Positions 20,116 to 29,834 of a stretch of 64,000 nt of DNA are shown here, one piece after another. The notes below the pieces were generated by a model. That model saw only the letters and a list, made by a program, of their open reading frames with translations. It searched no databases and had not been told where the DNA came from. The translations under genes were made by a program, and so were the position numbers. The first letter of the stretch is position 1, and each line of letters starts with the position of its first letter. Source of the stretch: Candidatus Krumholzibacteriia bacterium (GTDB lineage Bacteria; Krumholzibacteriota; Krumholzibacteriia; JAJRXK01); the NCBI GenBank assembly GCA_041484665.1, contig JBGPIA010000001.1, forward strand, positions 1-64,000, given 5' to 3'.

Positions 20116-21402
20116 ATGCGGCTGATCCTCGTCTCCCCCTACCTCCCGCACCGGTCCATTGGCCACGGCGGCGGCACGTCCACCTATCTCATGACGATCG
20201 CGCTGGCCAAGCGGCACGAGGTGACGCTGCTCTGTCCGCGGCGCAGCAACGAGGGGCCCCCGCAGCTGGACGATCTGCGGGCGCACGGAGTGCGCGTCGA
20301 GTCCGTACCCTACCGCTCGGCGGTCGACGTGGGCTGGGCGCGGCTGCCGCTCCTGGTCGACCGTGCGCTGTGCCGGCTTCGCTCCTGGCTGCGCCAGCGG
20401 CCGTACATCGTGGAGCGCTATGATCGCCCCGTGATGCGCCGTCGCCTGCGGGAGCTGATCGAGGAAGTGCGGCCCCACGCCGTCTCGGTCGAGTACGAGT
20501 TCATGGCCCCCTACGCCCGCTGGGCCGTGCAGGTCCTGGAGCGCCAGCCGCAGCTGTGGCCCCCCTCGCCCGGGCGCGAGCGCCCCCCGCGCCCGAGGGT
20601 GGTCCTCAACACCCACGAGGCCGGCGTGCTGCCGCGCCAGCGCCGAGTCGCGGCGGCGCGCCCCGGACCGGCCCGCTGGCGCGCGGCCCATGAGCTGTGG
20701 ACGTGGGCGCGGTACGAGGCGCGTTGCGCGCTGTGGCCCGACGTCGTGTGGTGCGTCACCGAGCAGGACCGGGCGCTGCTGCGCTCGTTGACCGGGCGCG
20801 CGGACCTCGTCACGCTGCCGCTGGGAGTCGACATGGAGGCGCTGCCGCTCGTCTCGGGGAGTTTCCCGCCGCCGCGCCGGCTGTTGTTCGTGGGGAGCTT
20901 CGACCACCCGCCCAACCGGGACGCGAGCCTCCTGCTGGCGAAGGACATCTTCCCCGTAGTGCGCCGGACCTGGCCGGAGGCGGTCCTCGACGTGGTGGGC
21001 CGGCGGCCGCCGGCGGCGCTGCAGGCCGCGGCTCTGGCGTCGGGGGGCGCGATCCGCGTGCATGGGTATGTGCAGGACCTGCAGCCACTGTTCGAGCAGG
21101 CCTGGCTGTTCGCCGCGCCCCTATTCTCCGGCGGCGGAATCAAGATCAAGGTGCTGGAAGCGATGGGGCGTGGCCTGCCCGTGCTGACCACGCCGGTCGG
21201 CTTGGAGGGAATCGACGCGCGCCCGCAGGACGACGTGGCGGTGGCAGCAACCCCGGCGGAATTCGCGGCGCGAGCCACGGAGCTGCTCCACGATCCCGCG
21301 CCCCTGCGCGCGCTGGGTGCGGCGGGGCGCCGCGCGGTGGAGGGCCGCTACAGCTGGGACGCCATCGTGCTCGCCCTGGAGCCGCATCTGCAGGCTGCCT
21401 GA
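20116..21402 (+). CDS. Glycosyltransferase family 4 (GT-B)
   Basis: LFVGSFDHPPNRD, PLFSGGGIKIKVLEAMGRGLPVLTTPVG.EG, RYSW. Confidence 0.9.
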   Translation: MRLILVSPYLPHRSIGHGGGTSTYLMTIALAKRHEVTLLCPRRSNEGPPQLDDLRAHGVRVESVPYRSAVDVGWARLPLLVDRALCRLRSWLRQRPYIVERYDRPVMRRRLRELIEEVRPHAVSVEYEFMAPYARWAVQVLERQPQLWPPSPGRERPPRPRVVLNTHEAGVLPRQRRVAAARPGPARWRAAHELWTWARYEARCALWPDVVWCVTEQDRALLRSLTGRADLVTLPLGVDMEALPLVSGSFPPPRRLLFVGSFDHPPNRDASLLLAKDIFPVVRRTWPEAVLDVVGRRPPAALQAAALASGGAIRVHGYVQDLQPLFEQAWLFAAPLFSGGGIKIKVLEAMGRGLPVLTTPVGLEGIDARPQDDVAVAATPAEFAARATELLHDPAPLRALGAAGRRAVEGRYSWDAIVLALEPHLQAA

Positions 21403-21505
21403 GGGTACCGCGCCCGCCCCGGGCAGCCGCGGCGTCAGACGTCCCGCGCCGCGCGGCGCCGCGCGCGGGCCGGCCTACGGCCCGTCGACCGATCGAAGGA
21501 GGACG

Positions 21506-22969
21506 ATGAAGATGATGCTCGAGAGGCGCCGGCCGTGCGCAAGCGAAACGGCGCTGTCGGCGCTGCGCGCAGCAGCAATGGCGGCAGGGCGCGCGGCTTG
21601 GCTCGCCTGCGCCCTAGCGGCGACGCTGGCAGACGCGCTGGCAGCCTGGCCCGCCACTGCGGCCGAGGTGGAGATCACCGGTCAGGTCCGCGCGCGCGAG
21701 CTGGAGCGGATCGACTACGACTTCAACCGCGACGTTGGAGCCAGCGACAATCTCGCGCTGCTACGCACCACCGTGGGATTGTCGGCCATGGTCGGGGAGT
21801 TCGGCTCCGCCTACGTGGAGCTGCGCGACAGCCGGGCCTTCGGCGAGCCGCGCAGTACGACCACGGCACTGGAGCGCGTCGACCTCCATCAGGCCTACAT
21901 CCAGGTGGACAACGTTCTCAACAAGCCGCTGCAATTGCGGGTGGGTCGCATGGAGATGAGCTACGGCAAGCAGCGGCTGATCGGGGCGCTGGACTTCGAC
22001 AACGTCGGCCGCGCCTTCGACGGTGCCCGGCTGCACTACGAGATCGAGGACTTCGGCTGGTTCGACGCCTTCGCCGACAAGACGCTGGAGGCCACCGGCG
22101 CAGGCGATGGCGCGAATGCCACCGGCCGCGAGCAGGCTCTCTTCGGAGCCTACCTCCATTACAAGACCACCGAGAACGGCGAGGTGGAGGTCTACGCCCT
22201 CGACCTGTACGACGACCTGGGCCCGCTGGATCCCAACACGGCCGTTGCCGGCGATGAGCGCGAAGCCCATGGCAATCGCTTCACCATGGGAGCTCGCTTC
22301 GAGTGCGACCTCCCACGGCTCAGCACGAACGTCTATGGCGAGGCGGCTTACCAATTCGGCGGCGGCCCCGAGCGGCTGGCGGGCCCCGCCGGAAACAAGA
22401 CGATTGTGGACGGCCCGGACCTGACTGCGTGGGCGGCCACCGCGGGCGCCAACTATGTCTTCGGCGGCAAGATGGAGCCATGGATGGGCCTCGAGTGGAA
22501 CGCCGCTGCGGGCGATGACGGCAAGGACCCCGGGAAGAGCAAGACCTTCAACCAGCTCTTCCCCACCGACCACTCCGTGCTGGGGACCATCGATTTTGTC
22601 GGCTGGCAGAACGTGTACGCGCTGAAGGCGACCGTGGGAATGAAAGCCGGCGACCAGTGGCGCGTCTGGTCCAGCTACCATCGGCTGGCGCTGGCCGAGC
22701 CGGCCGACGCGTGGTACGGGCCCGACGGCGCAGTGCGACTGCTGGGCCAGGCCGGTCTGGACGACCGGCTGGCGCAGGAGGTCGACCTGGCGGCGCGCTA
22801 CACTCCCGAACGAAATCTGGGGTTCGAGGCGAGCTGGTCGCTCTGGTTGCCCGGCAAGTGGCAGGAGCAGGCGGCGGCCCTGGCCGCCCACGCAGGCACC
22901 GGGAGTGCCACGTCCATGGACCTGGATCCGGCGCAACTCTTCTTCGTGACGGCGACCGTGAGCTTCTAG
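21506..22969 (+). CDS. Alginate-export family outer-membrane beta-barrel protein
   Basis: VELRDSR, DLHQAYI, LRVGRMEMSYGKQRLIG..NVGRAFDG, FNQLFPTDH, C-terminal Phe; AAGGAGG RBS. Confidence 0.85.
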   Translation: MKMMLERRRPCASETALSALRAAAMAAGRAAWLACALAATLADALAAWPATAAEVEITGQVRARELERIDYDFNRDVGASDNLALLRTTVGLSAMVGEFGSAYVELRDSRAFGEPRSTTTALERVDLHQAYIQVDNVLNKPLQLRVGRMEMSYGKQRLIGALDFDNVGRAFDGARLHYEIEDFGWFDAFADKTLEATGAGDGANATGREQALFGAYLHYKTTENGEVEVYALDLYDDLGPLDPNTAVAGDEREAHGNRFTMGARFECDLPRLSTNVYGEAAYQFGGGPERLAGPAGNKTIVDGPDLTAWAATAGANYVFGGKMEPWMGLEWNAAAGDDGKDPGKSKTFNQLFPTDHSVLGTIDFVGWQNVYALKATVGMKAGDQWRVWSSYHRLALAEPADAWYGPDGAVRLLGQAGLDDRLAQEVDLAARYTPERNLGFEASWSLWLPGKWQEQAAALAAHAGTGSATSMDLDPAQLFFVTATVSF

Positions 22970-23022
22970 GCCGCGCCGCCTCGCGCGGCGGCCCCGCACG
23001 CGGCGCCCGCCGGACCGTCCGT

Positions 23023-24264
23023 TCAGAAGTCGCGGATGATGTAGATGTCGCTCTTCTGCCCGTCGAAGCTCGGGACGGGGTTGCTTGCCGTCGAGAACAC
23101 CACCTCGCGCGGATTGGTGGGGCTGAACAGTGGATTCACATCGTCGCTGCGGCTGAAGAAGAAGATCCTCACGTTGCTGCCGTCGGGGTTCATCCGCCAC
23201 AGATTCCGGTCGCGCTCGGACGTCGCCGGTGCCCGGCGCGTGCTCACGAAGACGATCGTGCTGCCGTCCGGCGACCAGGTTGGATCTTCGCTCCAAGCCG
23301 GGATGTTCGGGCTGTCCTGGGAAAACGTGAGGCGCTTGATGTTGAGGTCCCGTTCCCCCGCCTGAAGGCGGGCGGGGTCGACGTCGGCGACCCAGATTTC
23401 CTGCAGCCCCGTACGGTTGCTCTCGAAGGCGATCTGGTGACCGTCGGGGCTCCAGGTGGGAAAGTCCTCCAGGGAGGCTCCGCTGGTCACCTGCACGACC
23501 AGCCCGTCAGCGAGTCGGTAAGCGTAGATAGCCATGGGCTCTCGTTGGTCGGGGATCGGCGGCGTGACCTGGGGATTGCCCTGCTTGAAGAAGAAGCGGC
23601 TGAATGCCAGCCATTGGCCGTCGGCCGAGTAGGCCGGCGATCGGTAGAAGAAGAACTGGCGGCTGCCAGGGGTGTCCACCATGCGGACGTTCACGCCGGC
23701 GATCGGCTCGTTGGAGACTGCGGGATCGGGATCGAAGTCGAGATCGGCGAGGTAGATGCGGTCGAGACGGTTGTCGTTCTGCAAGACCACGGCGATCTGC
23801 TGGGGAGTGACCGGGCTCCAGCGGGGCTGCCCCTTGTTCAGCAGGTTGACCTGATCATCGAGGATGAGCGCGCCGGCGTCGTTGGGCACGTCGTGGAACA
23901 GAATCCGGCGCGCGTTGCCGATCGACTCCAGGTTGGGGGTCACGCAGTACGATTGTTGCTCGTGGGGCGGATTACCGCACACGTAGCTTCCGGTCGGAAC
24001 GTCGATGACGACGATATCCCTGGCCGTCTTCCCCTCGCCGACCGGGGGATCCTGGGTCCACCAGTCGGTGGAGAACATGACGCGCGTGCCATCGGGCGAG
24101 AGGGCGGCCTCGAGGTGATGGACCGAGGCCGTGTCGGTCGTCACCTGCACGACATCACCGCTGGTCTGCAGAACCTCCTCGGGAGCGTTGCTGCATGCCA
24201 TCGTGCCCGCGGCGGCCACGGCACAGCACACCGCCAGGCGCCACACGCGCCCAGACATCTTCAT
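23023..24264 (-). CDS. TolB-like PD40-repeat lipoprotein
   Basis: Lipobox-like TMAC; repeated PTWSPDG / PAYSADG / LSPDG PD40 motifs. Confidence 0.8.
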   Translation of the reverse strand: MKMSGRVWRLAVCCAVAAAGTMACSNAPEEVLQTSGDVVQVTTDTASVHHLEAALSPDGTRVMFSTDWWTQDPPVGEGKTARDIVVIDVPTGSYVCGNPPHEQQSYCVTPNLESIGNARRILFHDVPNDAGALILDDQVNLLNKGQPRWSPVTPQQIAVVLQNDNRLDRIYLADLDFDPDPAVSNEPIAGVNVRMVDTPGSRQFFFYRSPAYSADGQWLAFSRFFFKQGNPQVTPPIPDQREPMAIYAYRLADGLVVQVTSGASLEDFPTWSPDGHQIAFESNRTGLQEIWVADVDPARLQAGERDLNIKRLTFSQDSPNIPAWSEDPTWSPDGSTIVFVSTRRAPATSERDRNLWRMNPDGSNVRIFFFSRSDDVNPLFSPTNPREVVFSTASNPVPSFDGQKSDIYIIRDF

Positions 24265-24340
24265 GGCCTCTTCTTCGCCTCCGGATGCGGTCTCGGCAAG
24301 CAGCCGGCCTGATGGGGAGGAGCCGGCGCACGAGCGCTAT

Positions 24341-24370
24341 AAAATACGTGAACGCTCCCGGCGATGTAAA
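24341..24370 (-). promoter_or_regulatory. Putative sigma70 promoter for the PD40 lipoprotein
   Basis: TTTACA-N18-TATTTT on the - strand in an AT-rich patch about 75 bp upstream of the ATG. Confidence 0.4.
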
Positions 24371-24394
24371 CCCCGATCGCCGGGCCGCCTCCGT

Positions 24395-25525
24395 TCAGCG
24401 GGCCGGGTGGGCATCGAGGTTCTGGCGAGCCTGGGCGTGCCCGGGGTCGTGCGCCAGAACCCACTGCCAGCGCTCGCGCGCGCCCGCCAGGTCGCCGGTC
24501 TCCAGCAGCAGAACTCCGAGCAGATTCGCCAGATCCAGATCCTCCGGGGCCATCGCGCTGCCACGGCGCGCCGCCTGGAGCGCCCCCGTCAGATCCCCGG
24601 CATCCCGTCGCGCCGACGCCACCACCCCCCAGGACACCCCCCGCTGGGGCGGGTGCCGGGAGACAGCGACCTCGAGCTCGTCGCGGCGGTGCAGGGCTTG
24701 CAAGGCCAGTAGCAGGTTTTGCTGCGAGGCCTCACGCGCTTCCCCCAGCTGCCGCTCCACGGCCTCCCGCAACGGCTCGACGGCGCGTACCGGATCTGCG
24801 GCGCGCAACCACGCGGTGCCCGCTGCGGCCAGGCAGTCCGCCGCGCTGGAGTCCCGGCCCGCGCACAGCTTGAACCAGGCTGCCGCCTGCGCCGGGTCCT
24901 GCGTCGCCTGCAACTGGCCCAGCCGGCGGGCGCTCTCCGTCGTGGGAGCGGCCTGCTCCACGAGCTTCCAGCGCGAAAGCGACACGTCGGCCGCGCCGCA
25001 GGAGTCTGCCAGGCGCGCGCGGGCCTCCAGGACCCGCGGATCGGACGGAGCGAGCCGGGCGGCGCTCGCCAGAGCCTTCTCGGCCAGATTGAACCTGCGG
25101 TAGCCGGTCAGCGCGCGGCCCAGCGCCAGGTGCGCGTCGACCTGTTCCGGGCCGAGCTCGCAGGCTTGCTGCAGCTCCGCCACCGCCCGGCCGGGCTTGC
25201 CCAGCTCCTGCAGCGACAGAGCCAGGTTCATGTGCAGCTCGAAGAGCCCGCTGTCACGGCGGATTCCGTCCTCGTAGGCGGCGACCGCCTCGGAATGCCT
25301 CCCCACCGCCGCCAGCGTGAGCCCTTCCAGATTGAGCAGACGGCCGTTGAGCACCCGCCCCTTGAGGGTGTCGGTGAATACCAGGAGGACCGCCGCGTGA
25401 CGCCCTTCCTGGAACGCCGCCGTCAACCGCGCCAGGAGTACCTCGTCAGCCTTTGCGCGGGCGAGTCGCTCCTGCGTGCTCCCCGCGCACCGGGTGAATG
25501 GAAGGAGCAGCGCGGTGACCGACAC
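24395..25525 (-). CDS. Tetratricopeptide repeat protein
   Basis: Multiple TPRs (LNLEGLTLAAVGRHSEAVAAYEDG, HLALGRAL, ANLLGVLLLETGDLAGARERW); start uncertain (GTG 25525 or up to 25660). Confidence 0.75.
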   Translation of the reverse strand: MSVTALLLPFTRCAGSTQERLARAKADEVLLARLTAAFQEGRHAAVLLVFTDTLKGRVLNGRLLNLEGLTLAAVGRHSEAVAAYEDGIRRDSGLFELHMNLALSLQELGKPGRAVAELQQACELGPEQVDAHLALGRALTGYRRFNLAEKALASAARLAPSDPRVLEARARLADSCGAADVSLSRWKLVEQAAPTTESARRLGQLQATQDPAQAAAWFKLCAGRDSSAADCLAAAGTAWLRAADPVRAVEPLREAVERQLGEAREASQQNLLLALQALHRRDELEVAVSRHPPQRGVSWGVVASARRDAGDLTGALQAARRGSAMAPEDLDLANLLGVLLLETGDLAGARERWQWVLAHDPGHAQARQNLDAHPAR

Positions 25526-25547
25526 CGCGGCGGCCAGGGCGGGTGCG

Positions 25548-25577
25548 TTGACCCGACCCCGCAAGACCCGGTACAAT
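25548..25577 (+). promoter_or_regulatory. Putative sigma70 promoter for the glycoside hydrolase gene
   Basis: TTGACC-N18-TACAAT, 73 bp upstream of ATG 25651. Confidence 0.55.
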
Positions 25578-25650
25578 AAAGCAGTTCGGCACCGGGTCCT
25601 GCAGCCCCTCGCGCTGCGGCTTCGCAACGCCTCACCTGCGGCTATCACCG

Positions 25651-27474
25651 ATGCTCTCACGGCGCTCCTCCGCCCGCGACGCTCCTCTTGGAATCTACGC
25701 TCTGGGCTGGCTGGTGGCGATGCTGCTCGCCTCCAGCGCGGCCCACGCGCTGGAGCATTTCGACTTCGAGGGCCCCTACCTGGTCGATCCGGGCCACTCG
25801 GTCAAGGACCATGCGATCTACATGGATGGGTCCGTCTTCCACTGCTACTACATCCGCGGGGTGGACGGACAGGGCTCCGCCAGCGAGCGCGAGTTAGGCC
25901 ACGCCATCAGCACGGACCTGTGCAATTGGACCATCCTGCCGCCGGCGCTCACGGCCGGTCCGCAGACCTGGGATTCCCGCAACGTCTGGGCACCCGCCAT
26001 CGTGCAAAGCCCCCCCGGTCACGCGGGCCAATTCGTGATGCTCTACACCGGCGCCGATCCCCTGGTCGTCCAGCGCACCGGCCAGGCGACCAGCACGTCG
26101 GCGTACGGACCGTGGTCGAAAGCCGCCGTCAACCCGTGGCTGCAACCCGACAGCCTCACCTACCTGTGGAGCCCTTCCACCAGTTTCAGCGCCTTCCGTG
26201 ACCCGTTCTACTTCTACGCCAACGGGCTGCACCATCTGCTGCACACGGTGCTACTGCCGGTCCCCGGCAGTCCACCCAGCCGGCGCGGCGCGGTGCACCA
26301 TCTCACCAGCCCGGACTTCGTGAACTGGACCGATGCGGGCCCCCTGCTGGTGCACAATGGGCCGTCCAACGTCTCGTGGCATGAGATCGAATCCGTCCAG
26401 CTGTACCAGGCCGTGGGCTTCTGGCACTTCTTCTTCAGTGAGACCGACGAGCTGGGGGAGCGCTACCTGCGCAGCTCGCAGTTGAATTCCGGCTGGGACA
26501 TGAACTCGGTGATGAACTTCGACCTAGGCACCGCAGCGGAGCTCACATTCTTGCCGGGAACGGGCCGCTATCTCTTCACGCGCCACGTGGGCACCAACCA
26601 CCTCTCCGACGGAAGCCTGTTCTTCGTTCTGGCCATCGACAGCCTGCGCTTCGATCCCGGCCTGGGCCTGCCGATCAAGGTTCCCAGCAACGTGCTCGCG
26701 AAGGACTGGCCGCAGATCAGCGGGACCGCCTTCCTGGCGGCGCCCACCTTCGGCGACAACTCGCTGGAGCGTGGGGACGTCCCCACCAATCCGACCGGCC
26801 ACGGCTACATCAGCAGCCGGGAGTTCTACCAGGGGCCGCTGTCGGGGCGTGGGTCCCCGGGCGCCGAGCTGGGGGGCGTGGCGACCGGCTTGATGAAGTC
26901 GCGCGTGTTCATCCTCACGGGGACGCACATCGAGCTGCGCGTGGGGGGCGGCGCCGACCCGAACTGCTCCGTCGCGCTCATGGACGCCCACGCCGACACC
27001 GCGCTGTTCCGCGCGCGCGACTCCGGCTCACCCGCACTGCAGACCGTACGCTGGGAGACGTGGGCGTTCCGTGGTCGGAGCGCATACCTCACGATCGTCG
27101 ACAACTCGACCTTGCCCGAAGGCTATATCAATGTCGACGATATCCGCGAGATCTACGATCCCACCGATGTTCCGCCGGCGGAGCGCAGCAGGGCGGGCGC
27201 CCAGCTGCTGCCCAACATTCCCAATCCGTTCAACCCCATGACCACGCTGCACCTGCGGCTGTCGCAGGCCGGGCGCGTGGAGCTGCGTATCCACGATGCG
27301 CGCGGCCGCCTGCTCTTGCGCTTGCCGCAGCAGTGGCTGCAGGCCGGTGAGCACGCGGTGCCCTGGGACGGGCGCGACGCCACCGGGAAGGCCGTTGCCA
27401 GCGGGGTCTATCGCGTCGTGCTACGGGTGGGCGGGCAGGACGAGGACGCGCAGGCGGTCACGCTGGTCCGCTGA
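25651..27474 (+). CDS. Secreted GH32/GH43-like five-bladed beta-propeller glycosidase with beta-sandwich and C-terminal FlgD-Ig (T9SS-CTD-like) domain
   Basis: Signal peptide; KDH, GHAISTDLCNW, WAP, YTG, FRDP, EIES motifs; C-terminal PNPFNP..IHDARGR..WDGRD..SGVY. Confidence 0.8.
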   Translation: MLSRRSSARDAPLGIYALGWLVAMLLASSAAHALEHFDFEGPYLVDPGHSVKDHAIYMDGSVFHCYYIRGVDGQGSASERELGHAISTDLCNWTILPPALTAGPQTWDSRNVWAPAIVQSPPGHAGQFVMLYTGADPLVVQRTGQATSTSAYGPWSKAAVNPWLQPDSLTYLWSPSTSFSAFRDPFYFYANGLHHLLHTVLLPVPGSPPSRRGAVHHLTSPDFVNWTDAGPLLVHNGPSNVSWHEIESVQLYQAVGFWHFFFSETDELGERYLRSSQLNSGWDMNSVMNFDLGTAAELTFLPGTGRYLFTRHVGTNHLSDGSLFFVLAIDSLRFDPGLGLPIKVPSNVLAKDWPQISGTAFLAAPTFGDNSLERGDVPTNPTGHGYISSREFYQGPLSGRGSPGAELGGVATGLMKSRVFILTGTHIELRVGGGADPNCSVALMDAHADTALFRARDSGSPALQTVRWETWAFRGRSAYLTIVDNSTLPEGYINVDDIREIYDPTDVPPAERSRAGAQLLPNIPNPFNPMTTLHLRLSQAGRVELRIHDARGRLLLRLPQQWLQAGEHAVPWDGRDATGKAVASGVYRVVLRVGGQDEDAQAVTLVR

Positions 27475-28057
27475 GGGCAGCGGCGCCCTCGAGCAGGTAC
27501 TTGCTCCACTGCTGGTAGTCCCCTTGGGCGTGGGGCCCGGCCGGCGCCGTACCCCGCTTGCGGTGGACCAGCGGGAAGAACCAGCGCGGGCGGGCCGGCA
27601 CCGACCGGAGCCGCAGCCCCGCTTCCTCGGGCGTGCGGCTGCCCTTGCGCGTGTTGCACGGGAAGCAGGCAGCCACGCAGTTGTCCCAGGCAGTCGGGCC
27701 CCCTTCGGGGTACTCCAAAGTGCGCCGGCTGCGCGGCACGACGTGGTCGATCGTCAGCGGAACCCCGCTGGTGCCGCAGTACTGGCAGGCGTAACCGTCG
27801 CGCGCCATGATGTTTCGCTTGTTGAATCTCACGTGGTAGCGGCGGTACACGCGGTGCGCGATGGCGATCAAGAGCCGGATGATCACCGGAGCATGGAAAC
27901 GCCGCCGCTCGCTGTGGAAGACGACCGCCTTGTCCTCTTCCACCGGCACGGCCTTGCCCGAGGTCACCAGGACCAGGGCCTTGCGCATCGGTACGACGTT
28001 GACGGCCTGGTAGCCGGCGTCGAGGACGAGAACGGGGCGGGTGAGCGTGGCGGTCAT
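27458..28057 (-). CDS. HNH endonuclease (McrA/HNH_5-type)
   Basis: VLVLDAGY, NIMARDGYACQYCG, TIDHVVPRSR, WDNCVAACFPCNTRKG.RTPEEAGL. Confidence 0.92.
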   Translation of the reverse strand: MTATLTRPVLVLDAGYQAVNVVPMRKALVLVTSGKAVPVEEDKAVVFHSERRRFHAPVIIRLLIAIAHRVYRRYHVRFNKRNIMARDGYACQYCGTSGVPLTIDHVVPRSRRTLEYPEGGPTAWDNCVAACFPCNTRKGSRTPEEAGLRLRSVPARPRWFFPLVHRKRGTAPAGPHAQGDYQQWSKYLLEGAAALSGPA

Positions 28058-28110
28058 GGTCGATATCCTATGCAGGGATGCAGGGCGGATCAATCCCCGA
28101 TCCGTCCCCC

Positions 28111-29670
28111 CTACATCTCGTGCGGCATCCGCTCCTCGGGAGAGACGAAGTAGGTGTTCGGCGAGTAGTTCAGGAAGTTCGAGACGCGGCTGGTGTAGAT
28201 GCAGGCGAACTCCTTGACCTGACGGCCGAAGCGGCTGTTGCGGTTGCCCTCGCGGAAGAGCTGTCCCCAGTAGGGGTTATGCTCCCGGGTGATCTGCTCC
28301 TCCAGCTCGTGCATGCGCGCGGTGTACTGCGCCAGAAGGAAGTCCAGCCCCTGCACGACCTCCTGGGTTTGCCAGGCGCGCTCGCCGCGCTGGTCCCTGG
28401 ACAGCCCGTCGAACTCGCGCAGCTCGCGCCAGATGTACTCGCTGGCGCCCGGTGGCACCTCGTCGCCGTTGCGCGAGGGGTTCGCCAGCCGCTCCCGCAT
28501 GGAGGCCAGCAGCATCCCCAGCTGGTCGCGGTCGCGGGCGAGGTCGAGGCAACGGGCTACCAGGTCCGCGCTCTCGCGCTGCTGGTACTGCAGCCTCTTG
28601 TTGACCGCGATCTCCTCCTCCAACTCCTGGACGATCATCGCCGTTCGCCACCCGAAGGTCTTCTTGCTGCGCAGGATGTCGCCGTAGGTATGGTCGCCGA
28701 TGTAGAGGACCTGATCCCCATTGGCCTTGAGGAACTCCTCGACGAAGCTCGCGTCCCCGCGGCGGTAGAGAAAACCCGTGCGTCCGTGCGCGTCGGACGT
28801 GTCGGTGGGGACCGGCTCGCGCGACTCGGTGAAGTACGCGGGCTTGCCTGCCTCGACTACAACCAGGTCGAACAGCTCCTTCCAGTCCGCGCCGCCCTCG
28901 CCGATCACGTACGAGAGCACCGCATGGCTGTACTCCAACTCGCTATTGGTGACCAGGAAGAGCTTCTTGCCGGCGGCCCGGATGCGCTGCAGGGCCGGCT
29001 TCAGCTCCGGATAGGGCTGCACGTAGCGCGGCAGGTCCTGCACCAAGAGGGCCTTCAGACTGCCGTCCCGGTGCGCCTTGTCCACGCAGGCGCGCACGTC
29101 GTCGAAGATGCGCGCCGGAGAGAGCTCGGCGAAGAAGGGGTCGCGCCGCTCGTCCTTGAGGTCGATCAGCGCCGCGTAGAGCGATCCCTCGGGCAGGCTG
29201 AACAGCGTGTCGAAGCTCTGGTAGCGGTCGGTGCGCAGATTGACGGAGGATCCGCGGTAGAGGCGCCGCCGACGTGGCTTGCTCAGCGGGCGCGTTCCGT
29301 GGTAGACGCGCGAGATATAGTTGTGGAAGTCCATCTTCAGGACGTTGCCGTACCGCTTGTCGACGATCAGCCCGCGAATGATGAGCTGCGGGTTGTAGGT
29401 GATCTCGCGCACCAGCGGCGGGTACCCCTTCCACTCCACCAGGTTGCGGACCGCCAGGTCGTGGGTCAGGGGCTCGAAGGTGTCGCGGCGGTAGATCACC
29501 AGCGTGTGGTCCATGTCGAAGCCGAGGGCGCGCACTCCGTCCATGCGCAGGTTGCGGTTGACGAAGATGCGCCGCTCGCGTGGGATGTTCTTCTCCCCCG
29601 GCAGGTAGCTGCGGGCGCCGCGCTCGAGGGCGGCCCGGCCATTCTCGGAGGGAACACCGGTCCTGTGCAT
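28111..29670 (-). CDS. HAD-IG family 5'-nucleotidase (cN-II-like)
   Basis: RIFVNRNL, GFDMDHTL, GKKLFLVTNS, AGKP, LYIGDHTYGDI, GWRT, ACIYTSRVSN. Confidence 0.93.
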   Translation of the reverse strand: MHRTGVPSENGRAALERGARSYLPGEKNIPRERRIFVNRNLRMDGVRALGFDMDHTLVIYRRDTFEPLTHDLAVRNLVEWKGYPPLVREITYNPQLIIRGLIVDKRYGNVLKMDFHNYISRVYHGTRPLSKPRRRRLYRGSSVNLRTDRYQSFDTLFSLPEGSLYAALIDLKDERRDPFFAELSPARIFDDVRACVDKAHRDGSLKALLVQDLPRYVQPYPELKPALQRIRAAGKKLFLVTNSELEYSHAVLSYVIGEGGADWKELFDLVVVEAGKPAYFTESREPVPTDTSDAHGRTGFLYRRGDASFVEEFLKANGDQVLYIGDHTYGDILRSKKTFGWRTAMIVQELEEEIAVNKRLQYQQRESADLVARCLDLARDRDQLGMLLASMRERLANPSRNGDEVPPGASEYIWRELREFDGLSRDQRGERAWQTQEVVQGLDFLLAQYTARMHELEEQITREHNPYWGQLFREGNRNSRFGRQVKEFACIYTSRVSNFLNYSPNTYFVSPEERMPHEM

Positions 29671-29834
29671 GACTGCTTTCCTGTGGCTTCGCTTCCGCTC
29701 CGGGTCCGGCGTGCCGCTTGCCTGCCGGGGCGGGCAGGGTCTGTATAGCATAGATGAAGCCCGGGGACGGCGCAGGGTCCCAGGCGGCCGCCACCCCCTG
29801 CCTGCCGGGCGCTGAGGCCAGGAGCGATACGGGG

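Noticed and set aside
27458..28057. HNH gene as an IscB/Cas9-like or homing/mobile element
   Set aside because: About 200 aa, no RuvC motifs, no adjacent ncRNA-sized gap, array or terminal repeats; matches the common stand-alone HNH family
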